Positions 17,979 to 25,508 of a stretch of 32,071 bases of DNA are shown piece by piece; position 1 is the stretch's first letter, and the number at the start of each line of letters is the position of its first letter. The stretch is from IMG/VR virus record IMGVR_UViG_3300009661_000071, positions 1 through 32,071 of that record; one strand, written 5' to 3'. The notes below the pieces were generated by a model. It was not told where the DNA came from and searched no databases. It was given only the letters and a program-made list of their open reading frames with translations. The translations under genes and the position numbers were made by a program. Source of the DNA: a virus (taxonomy: Duplodnaviria > Caudoviricetes).

Positions 17979-19070
17979 TTAGACGAAATCAAACGGTTTA
18001 TTACTGCCACCCGGCGCACTGCCAGGGCGTCGCGTCCCGTCGTTTTCCTTCGCTGATAACCTAGTCATGACGTCGGTCAGCTGCGCGGAGAACTGGGTAA
18101 ACACGTCGGTCGGCGTTTGGGCTTTATCTGCTTTACGGCGTTGTGCGCTGAACTGGCGACGCTCACGGCGGGATGCTTTTACCGGTTTGACGTTAAACGC
18201 CTTCATGGCTTTCACCAGATTGGCTTTCGCAACGGTAAATTCTGCCGCTTTGACTTCGTCTTCCGGGTTCTCGGCAACGTCTTGGGCCAGTTCTGCAACC
18301 TGTTCGGCGGCATCCGCGATATTTTCGGCAACGTCGGCGACTTCGTCGGCGGCCAGTTCCGGTGTATCTGCGTCGGTGTTTTCACCTTCGGCAGCTGCCT
18401 GGCCGTCTTGCATCATTTTGAGCATTTGTTCTAAGAGGGCTTTTAACTCATCCATCTTTTGTTCCTCGCCCTCGGTGGGCTTGTTGGTTTCAGTGTCGGT
18501 ATTGGGTTCTGGCGTTGGCGTAAACTCTTTGCGGGAGGAAAATAACTTCGCCCATAAAGAGGATTCTTTCTTTTCAGCCTTATTATTTTTTAACGTGCCG
18601 AGGCTGAACGTTTCTAAACTTCCGCGCGCGGCATCTTTTTCTTCGCCCGCTAAAATGAACTTTAATTTTTCCGTTCCCAGACTGGCGGGAATATCTGTTA
18701 CAGCAAGGCCGAATAAATATTCTTTACCGCTGCCCGCGAAATCAGAAATAAACTCAGCGGAGGTAAATAGCTTTTGCCCCATCCGGTTGGCATCAATTAA
18801 AAACTGATTTGGAATGAGCTGGGCGTAAAGCTTGGTGACGTCGCCTTCGGTTTCCACTTTCAGCGCGTCCACCTCGCCCAGGTTGCAGGTGAATTCGCGT
18901 TCGCCTAAATCATACTGAGGGTGGTGCGGCCAAATCATGGCGGTGTAAGTGTTACGGGTGTAAGTTTCTGCCGCATCATTCAGCCATTGCGCTTCAATGA
19001 CGCGACCGTCTACAGCCTGGCCCGACGTGGCAATGCAAAGCCATTCAGTACGGTAATTAGGTTGCGGCAT
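17979..19070 (-). CDS. Capsid scaffolding protein/protease (gpO-like)
   Basis: IATSGQAVDGR, QKLFTSAE, YLFGLAVTDIPASLGTE motifs; acidic C-terminal scaffold. Confidence 0.93.
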   Translation of the reverse strand: MPQPNYRTEWLCIATSGQAVDGRVIEAQWLNDAAETYTRNTYTAMIWPHHPQYDLGEREFTCNLGEVDALKVETEGDVTKLYAQLIPNQFLIDANRMGQKLFTSAEFISDFAGSGKEYLFGLAVTDIPASLGTEKLKFILAGEEKDAARGSLETFSLGTLKNNKAEKKESSLWAKLFSSRKEFTPTPEPNTDTETNKPTEGEEQKMDELKALLEQMLKMMQDGQAAAEGENTDADTPELAADEVADVAENIADAAEQVAELAQDVAENPEDEVKAAEFTVAKANLVKAMKAFNVKPVKASRRERRQFSAQRRKADKAQTPTDVFTQFSAQLTDVMTRLSAKENDGTRRPGSAPGGSNKPFDFV

Positions 19071-19246
19071 AACTGACCTTAATAATTAATGAATTTATCA
19101 GACGGTATTCTGTGGAGGGCAGTATTACGAATTGAGGGATAACGCGCACCCACTTTATTTCGGGTGCATTCGGATATAAGGCGTTAACCTACTATTGCCG
19201 ATATTTAATGATGAATTGCTTTGTTTTATCCCGTCATAATAGCCGC
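19071..19246. promoter_or_regulatory. Divergent late promoter region (O and P operons)
   Basis: AT-rich divergent intergenic region; candidate -10 elements AATACT (- strand, 19126-19121) and CATAAT (+ strand, 19235-19240), without good -35 elements, as expected for Ogr-activated promoters. Confidence 0.55.
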
Positions 19247-21055
19247 ATGGCTAAATATTCAGATGAAATAAAAGAGGCCGCCCGCGCTTTATATATTAAA
19301 CGCTGGCAGCCGAAAGATATCGCGCAGGAATTAAACCTCCCGCCGCGTACCATTTACCATTGGGCGGACGTCGGCCAGTGGGCATCCCTGCTGCCGGTCG
19401 AATCCGTCGAGCATGTGATCGCCCGGCGCATTGACCAGCTGACGCGCCGGGAGAAAAAAACCTCCCTGGAACTGGAAGAACTCCGCGACCTGGTCGCCCA
19501 GCACGTCAAGCTGATGGCCCAGCACAATAAGCACGCCGAGAAGATGGCCGAGATTAAAGCCAAAAGCACGGCGAGCTATGAGGGCGGACACGGCCCGGAT
19601 GGTGAACCAGAAGAGGGGCGCAAACGCCGCTATAAGAAAAACGACGTGTCCGGCATCACGGCGGAAATGCTCGACGAGTGGGCGCGTGAACATCTGTTCG
19701 ACTACCAGATGCATTGCCGTGAGCACAAGGATGAAGACTGGCGGTTTATCCTGAAAAGCCGCCAGGTAGGCATGACCTACTATTTTGCCTGGGAAGCCTT
19801 CGAAGACGCGGTCATCAGTGGCGACAATCAGGTCTTTTTCTCGGCCTCTCGCGCACAGTCCGAAATCTTCCGCGAATACATCGTCCAGATTGCACAGCAA
19901 CATTTCGGCGTGACGCTGACCGGGAAAAATATCCGACTCAGCAACGGCGCCGTTCTGCGGTTTTTGTCTACCAATGCCAGCACGGCGCAGGGCTTTAACG
20001 GCCACCTGTACGGTGACGAGGTGTTTTGGATCCCGAAATTCACCCGCCTGCACGAAGTGGCGTCAGCCATGGCGACGCATAACAAATTTCGCACGACCTA
20101 TTTTTCAACACCCAGCGCGAAGACTCACCAGGCCTATACCGTGTGGACGGGGGAGGCGTGGAGCGAGGACGACCCGAAACGCAAAGGTAAGGTCTTTCCC
20201 AAAGAGAAGGCATTGCGAGAAGCGGGCATCCGCTGCCCGGATGAAATCTGGCGTTACATCATCACCATGGAAGACGCCATCGAAGGCGGACTCGCCGCCC
20301 TGGTCGACATTGAGCGCCTGCGCAATAAATACAATCCGACCGCCTTCGCCATGCTTTACATGTGCCAGTTCGTCGACAGTAAGGACGCAGTGTTCAAGCT
20401 GGCCGCCCTGGTGGCGTGTGAAGTGGATGCGGGAACCTGGGGAGATTACGACACGACCGCCGCCCGGCCATTTGGAAACCGTGAGGTTTGGGCCGGTTTT
20501 GACCCGTCGCGGTCGGGGGACAATTCCACCTTTGTGATAGTGGCCCCGCCGATACACGACGGCGAGCGCTTCCGCGTTCTCGCCATTTACCAATGGCAGG
20601 GGCTTAATTTCAGCTGGCAGGCCGAGCAGATCAAACAGCTGATGCGCCGATTTAACATCACCTATATCGGCATCGATACGACCGGCATCGGTAAAGGGGT
20701 GTATGACCTGGTGACGAAGTTTGCGCCGCGTGAAGCCAACGCCATTTTGTACAGCGTCGAGAGTAAAAACCGTCTGGTGATGAAGATGATCGACGTGGTG
20801 GAGCGTAAGCGCATCGAGTGGGCCAAAGATGCCCAGGACGAAACGAATAATGAACGCGCCGAAATCCCGGCCAGTTTCATGGCTATACGTCGGACGACAA
20901 CGGCCAGCGGCAACGCGCTGACGTTCGTCGCCGAACGCTCGGACGCCACCGGACACGCGGACGTGTTCTTCGCCATTTCTCACGCCGTGATAAATGAACC
21001 AATCGACTACGAATTTGACCGCCCGTCTACCTGGGCCTTTGGACAAGCAGCATGA
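19247..21055 (+). CDS. Terminase large (ATPase) subunit (gpP-like)
   Basis: N-terminal HTH, LKSRQVGMT Walker A, LYGDEVFW Walker B, GFDPSRSGD nuclease, GHADVFFA; start re-assigned to MAKYS. Confidence 0.95.
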   Translation: MAKYSDEIKEAARALYIKRWQPKDIAQELNLPPRTIYHWADVGQWASLLPVESVEHVIARRIDQLTRREKKTSLELEELRDLVAQHVKLMAQHNKHAEKMAEIKAKSTASYEGGHGPDGEPEEGRKRRYKKNDVSGITAEMLDEWAREHLFDYQMHCREHKDEDWRFILKSRQVGMTYYFAWEAFEDAVISGDNQVFFSASRAQSEIFREYIVQIAQQHFGVTLTGKNIRLSNGAVLRFLSTNASTAQGFNGHLYGDEVFWIPKFTRLHEVASAMATHNKFRTTYFSTPSAKTHQAYTVWTGEAWSEDDPKRKGKVFPKEKALREAGIRCPDEIWRYIITMEDAIEGGLAALVDIERLRNKYNPTAFAMLYMCQFVDSKDAVFKLAALVACEVDAGTWGDYDTTAARPFGNREVWAGFDPSRSGDNSTFVIVAPPIHDGERFRVLAIYQWQGLNFSWQAEQIKQLMRRFNITYIGIDTTGIGKGVYDLVTKFAPREANAILYSVESKNRLVMKMIDVVERKRIEWAKDAQDETNNERAEIPASFMAIRRTTTASGNALTFVAERSDATGHADVFFAISHAVINEPIDYEFDRPSTWAFGQAA

Positions 21056-22119
21056 CAACGAAACAGCGTAAGCAAAAAAAACAGCACGGCGCCGCAGTTG
21101 CGCGACCGAAAACATTTTCCCCGATGGCTGGTAAGGGCAGCGTTATCACCTTCGGCGAACCGGAACCCATTCTCACGACGGGCACGGATTACCTGAATAT
21201 CTGGTATGACAATGCCTATGATCATTGGAGTTTGCCAATTGACCGTATGGCCCTAGCACAGCTGCCGAACCTTAACGGCCAGCACGGCGGCGTGCTGTAT
21301 GCACGGCGTAACATGGTGGCCGGTGGCTATCTGGGGGGCGGGTTGTCCAGTGACCAGGTCGAACAAATGGCTTTCGACTACCTGACCTTCGGGGACGTGG
21401 CCGTTTTGAAAATTCGTAACGTATTTGGGGAGGTGATCGACCTGCTTCCGCTGCCGTCGCTGTATCTGCGTTGCCGAAAAACGGGGGAGTTTGCTGTATT
21501 GCAGGAGGGGCCACCGCTGGTATACGAGCCGCGCGACGTGGTGTTCTTCAAAATGTATGACCCACGCCAACAGGTTTACGGATTGCCGGACTACATCGGC
21601 GGCATCCATTCTGTGTTACTCAACAGTGAGGCGACGATTTTCAGGCGTCGTTACTACAACAACGGCGCACATATGGGCTTTATTCTCTATGCCAATGACC
21701 CGAACATCACCGGCGAAGTGGAAGCCGAAATCAAAACTAAGATTGAGCAGTCCAAAGGGCTGGGCAATTTTCGCAATATGTTTATCAACATTCCGAAAGG
21801 TGATCCGGACGGGGTGAAGCTTTTGCCGGTCGGCGAGGTTAGCGCGAAAGACGAGTTTGCGAATATTAAAGGGATTACCGCACAGGACGTTTTTACTGCC
21901 CACCGATTCCCGGCTGGTCTGGCCGGTATTATCCCGACAAACGGCGCCGTTATGGGGAACCCGGAAACGGCCCGCGAAACCTATCGCAAGGACGAGGTGA
22001 TCCCGCTTCAACGTAAGTTTATGAACGGCATCAACACCGACCGGGAAATCCCTCCACATTTACACCTGAGATTCGACGTCGATATTCCGGTAATTAGCCC
22101 GGATAAGGGCGAAAAATGA
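21052..22119 (+). CDS. Portal protein (gpQ/PBSX family)
   Basis: YGLPDY, RRRYYNNGAHMGFI, GLGNFRNMF, AHRFPAGLAGIIP motifs. Confidence 0.95.
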   Translation: MTTKQRKQKKQHGAAVARPKTFSPMAGKGSVITFGEPEPILTTGTDYLNIWYDNAYDHWSLPIDRMALAQLPNLNGQHGGVLYARRNMVAGGYLGGGLSSDQVEQMAFDYLTFGDVAVLKIRNVFGEVIDLLPLPSLYLRCRKTGEFAVLQEGPPLVYEPRDVVFFKMYDPRQQVYGLPDYIGGIHSVLLNSEATIFRRRYYNNGAHMGFILYANDPNITGEVEAEIKTKIEQSKGLGNFRNMFINIPKGDPDGVKLLPVGEVSAKDEFANIKGITAQDVFTAHRFPAGLAGIIPTNGAVMGNPETARETYRKDEVIPLQRKFMNGINTDREIPPHLHLRFDVDIPVISPDKGEK

Positions 22120-22175
22120 GCGCAGATAAGTTAAAATCAGGCTCATTATTGGCACTGGCGTGCGGGGGTGGAATC

Positions 22176-22445
22176 ATGCGCATCTTTAAAATTAATTGTC
22201 CTGAGTGTGGATCACCGGCCACCATTCGTAAATCTGACTGGAAAGATAAGAAACTGGCGGATTTATACTGCGGCTGTTCAGAAGTTGAATGCGGCCATAC
22301 GTTCGTTTTTAACGCGACGTTCTCACACTCACTGAGTCCCAGCGGGCTAACTGGCAACAAGTTGGTGAAATTCCTGATTGAACAGCTTAAGCCAGATGAA
22401 AAACAATTAGCTCTGGGTTTATTACAAAATCACCTTGAAAATTAA
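22176..22445 (+). CDS. ogr: Ogr/Delta-family C4 zinc-finger late transcription activator
   Basis: CPECG...LYCGCSEVECGHTF...HSLSPS; start re-assigned to the ATG at 22176 after GGGGGTGG. Confidence 0.9.
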   Translation: MRIFKINCPECGSPATIRKSDWKDKKLADLYCGCSEVECGHTFVFNATFSHSLSPSGLTGNKLVKFLIEQLKPDEKQLALGLLQNHLEN

Positions 22446-22456
22446 AAGGAAGTAAT

Positions 22457-24406
22457 ATGGTTATCTGGTCTAAAAATATCATTTCAACAGATAAGTCTTT
22501 GGTTAGAACATGCGCAACAAAACTTACTGAATTGTTTATTTCTGCTGGTTTTACTAAAGCAGCAAGTATTGTCGCACAATTGAAAACTCAAAGCCTTGCT
22601 GAAAGTTACGAAAATAAAGTCATTTCCAGAATTATGACATTCAAGACTTTAAACGGAGATGGTCGGGATATAAGCTTAAATGATATTTATGTTCCGTTGA
22701 GTATAAGCAATCGTGTTCGTGGTCAAGAAATATTGATCACTGATGGAACTACTTTGAAAGTAGATGGTTGCCTTTCTATAACTGGTAGTGCAGGTCAGGG
22801 CAAAACAACTATAATGAGAAAGTTGTTTATCGAGGAAATGATTGCAGCCGATAGATTTCCTTTTTTTATTACTTTGAGGGATTGTGATTACGATAAAAAC
22901 CTTAGCTGCATCGATTTGGTGATGGAACATTTATTGAGTTATGGGGTTTGTTGTGAGCCTTCAGGTGTTAAAGAATTACTGGCTTCTGGCAGGGGAGTTT
23001 TTTATTTTGATGGTTTTGATGAGGTGGATATCTCAAGGCGATTAAAGGTTTTAAAGCTAATAACTGACTCATATTACATTTACTCATGCTCATCTATTAT
23101 AACGACGCGGCCTGATACTGAGTTATCTAAGACCTCTGGAGTTGAAGATTATTATGTGGATAAATTAAGTCTTAAAACCGTAAAGTCGATAGTCCATAAA
23201 GTAGTGCCTGAAGTTTCTTTCGCAAATACAATTATTGACACTATCGAAAAGAATGCTTTTTTAAGTGAAACAATAAATACTCCAATACTAACTAGTATTT
23301 TTATATTAACTTACCTGTCATTCACTGATGAGCCAAGATCCATTACTGATTTTTACGGTGTATTATTTTTATCGTTAATGTATAAGCATGATAAAAATAA
23401 AAACTTTACTAGGAATAAATTAACTAATTTATCCAATAACAAACTAGAAACCTGCTTCTCAATATTTAGCTATTTGAGTTTTATTAAAGGTTGCAACTCA
23501 TTTAATGAGGTTTCATTAAGAGATTTTTTTCACCAAGCTACATCTTTTATCAGTAAAGAAGATATTTCTGAGTTAATAATGGATGATGTTGTTAATGGAA
23601 CAAATATAGTTGTTATGGATGGTTATGACCGCTATGTATACATTCATCGTTCAATCCAAGAGTTTTTTACAGCTAAAGCTATTGTAACCTTCGATGAAGC
23701 AACTAAGGAAAAGTTTTATAATAATATTTTAGAAGATAAAACGAAGGCTCGTTTTTTTGAGCAGGTACTTAAAATGCTCTCATCTATAGATGATAAGAAT
23801 TTTGCAAGATTTTATCTTTTGCCAAAACTTAAATCACTAAACTTATTAAGTGATGATGGTTACATTAAAACTTTTAAAGGGCCTGATTTCCGAAAAATAA
23901 TAGAATCTACTGCTATTGCTATAGCAATAGATAATGGGGTTTACAGTATAGGTATGATGACTAATACAGACGATAATCTACCCGATTATCTATTAGATTT
24001 AGAGGGTATACACCAAACAATAACTTACAGCACTGATGACTTTCAGACATCTTTAATTAACCTTTTAGATGATGACATACAAAGTTTAATAAATGGATAC
24101 ATGAAGAATCGTCAAATTTCTTTAGATGAATTTAATAATAATCATGTAATGAACTTCTCAAGTGATAATCCAGACGCATTTGATACTCAAGCAGGGATAG
24201 AAATGATCGGTCAAAATGACTCTAGAATAGCATCTTATTTTGATGGCGGTATAGTTACTCAGGAATTTGAAGATGAATTCGCAAGGAGGGTTAATGGCCA
24301 ACTTAATGCCATAAACATCTTCCTAGATGATAATATTTATAAATACAATCATGGTAACTTATCAATGATACACATGCTTGATCCATTGGGTGGTGATGGT
24401 TACTAA
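22457..24406 (+). CDS. NACHT-domain (STAND) NTPase, bacterial NLR-related; putative anti-phage protein
   Basis: LNDIYVPL pre-NACHT motif, Walker A GSAGQGKT, Walker B VFYFDGFDE, sensor IITTRP, NTPIL, winged-helix HRSIQEFFTA; AT-rich; SD AAGGA. Confidence 0.9.
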   Translation: MVIWSKNIISTDKSLVRTCATKLTELFISAGFTKAASIVAQLKTQSLAESYENKVISRIMTFKTLNGDGRDISLNDIYVPLSISNRVRGQEILITDGTTLKVDGCLSITGSAGQGKTTIMRKLFIEEMIAADRFPFFITLRDCDYDKNLSCIDLVMEHLLSYGVCCEPSGVKELLASGRGVFYFDGFDEVDISRRLKVLKLITDSYYIYSCSSIITTRPDTELSKTSGVEDYYVDKLSLKTVKSIVHKVVPEVSFANTIIDTIEKNAFLSETINTPILTSIFILTYLSFTDEPRSITDFYGVLFLSLMYKHDKNKNFTRNKLTNLSNNKLETCFSIFSYLSFIKGCNSFNEVSLRDFFHQATSFISKEDISELIMDDVVNGTNIVVMDGYDRYVYIHRSIQEFFTAKAIVTFDEATKEKFYNNILEDKTKARFFEQVLKMLSSIDDKNFARFYLLPKLKSLNLLSDDGYIKTFKGPDFRKIIESTAIAIAIDNGVYSIGMMTNTDDNLPDYLLDLEGIHQTITYSTDDFQTSLINLLDDDIQSLINGYMKNRQISLDEFNNNHVMNFSSDNPDAFDTQAGIEMIGQNDSRIASYFDGGIVTQEFEDEFARRVNGQLNAINIFLDDNIYKYNHGNLSMIHMLDPLGGDGY

Positions 24407-24447
24407 TAACTCCCTGCGACCATTTTAAACTCTCTCTTAACATGTTC

Positions 24448-24470
24448 GCCCCGCCAAGTACGGGGCTTTA
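24448..24470 (+). terminator. Hairpin between the convergent cassette genes (probable terminator)
   Basis: GCCCCG-N7-CGGGGC followed by TTTA; short U-tract. Confidence 0.5.
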
Positions 24471-24497
24471 AAGAAAGATATAGATTTTAGTTTTTTG

Positions 24498-25334
24498 TTA
24501 GGCGGGGTTGGAAGGTCTTAATTTTTCAATTATTTTACTCTGTGCCCCGAAGCATTCAATTGGCAAAAATAAACAATGCTTTTTGTGAATCATTTTATTA
24601 AAAGGGATATTGTCTAATAGTTTGTACTTTTGAATGTACTTTATAAAGGGTTTTCCATGTTCAGATAAGCAATTATACATAAGAAGTAAGAGTTCGTAGT
24701 CTGAAATTTGCGCTCTTACTATCCCTGAGTACTTGATTTTATCAGTCATCGAAATGTTTGAATCATCAATATATTTAAAGATATTATATAAAAATCTAAA
24801 GTAATGACCTAAATCCTGTTGTTTGGATTCATAAAAAGTGTCAAATGCTCGACCGAGTTGTTGAATATATAGCGGTGTATCAGAAAAAACCGCATATTCG
24901 GCCACGCTATTACTAGAGCATTCATTAGAAAAAGGTCCTTTGTAAAAATAAGAAAAAACATCTCTACCAGTATGTATTATAATATTTTTCTGTTCACCTC
25001 TTGAGACCCTTACATCCATATCCTTGATGAGGCTTTGGAGCAGATTCAGCATTTGAAAAAGATTGTTTTCGAATTTTTGGGTGTTGAGGAATTCGTCTTG
25101 TTTAGCAGAGTCAGACTTTAGTTTTTTTAAAGATTCATTTTGTGAGTGAACGGTAAATACTACGCCTATAAATGCGAATGCTGAAAAAACAGATGTAATA
25201 ACGCCCCAAGAGTCTCCAAACTGACCCAACTCCTCTCTTGACCAACCAGTAAACGGGCCTTCGAGATACGAACTGGCCAAACAGTATAAAATTAATGCTA
25301 AGAATGTCACAAAGCACAATAAAAATTTCATCAT
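24498..25334 (-). CDS. Putative phage abortive infection protein (putAbiC/PF16872-like), two N-terminal TM segments
   Basis: LGQFGDSWG, FENNLFQML, GRDVF, LGHYFRFLYNIFKYID, KYSGIVRAQISDYELLLLMYNCL motifs recalled for this family; AT-rich. Confidence 0.8.
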   Translation of the reverse strand: MMKFLLCFVTFLALILYCLASSYLEGPFTGWSREELGQFGDSWGVITSVFSAFAFIGVVFTVHSQNESLKKLKSDSAKQDEFLNTQKFENNLFQMLNLLQSLIKDMDVRVSRGEQKNIIIHTGRDVFSYFYKGPFSNECSSNSVAEYAVFSDTPLYIQQLGRAFDTFYESKQQDLGHYFRFLYNIFKYIDDSNISMTDKIKYSGIVRAQISDYELLLLMYNCLSEHGKPFIKYIQKYKLLDNIPFNKMIHKKHCLFLPIECFGAQSKIIEKLRPSNPA

Positions 25335-25508
25335 TAACAGTTCCTGACCAAAAGCTCATTTTACACACGCATCAGTTCGCTTATCTAATGCTAAAAATAT
25401 TATTTTGAGTACAAAGTTGGAATGTTTATTACTGCTTAACTAGACGGGAAGTCGTTGCGTTGTTCTTCATCATAGTAACATAGTCTATGAGAAGCCAAAT
25501 ATTCGCTT

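Noticed and set aside
18067-18807. 246-aa Ser-rich + strand ORF
   Set aside because: Antisense shadow of the acidic scaffold gene
19331-21115. 240-aa and 336-aa - strand ORFs
   Set aside because: Antisense shadows of the terminase gene
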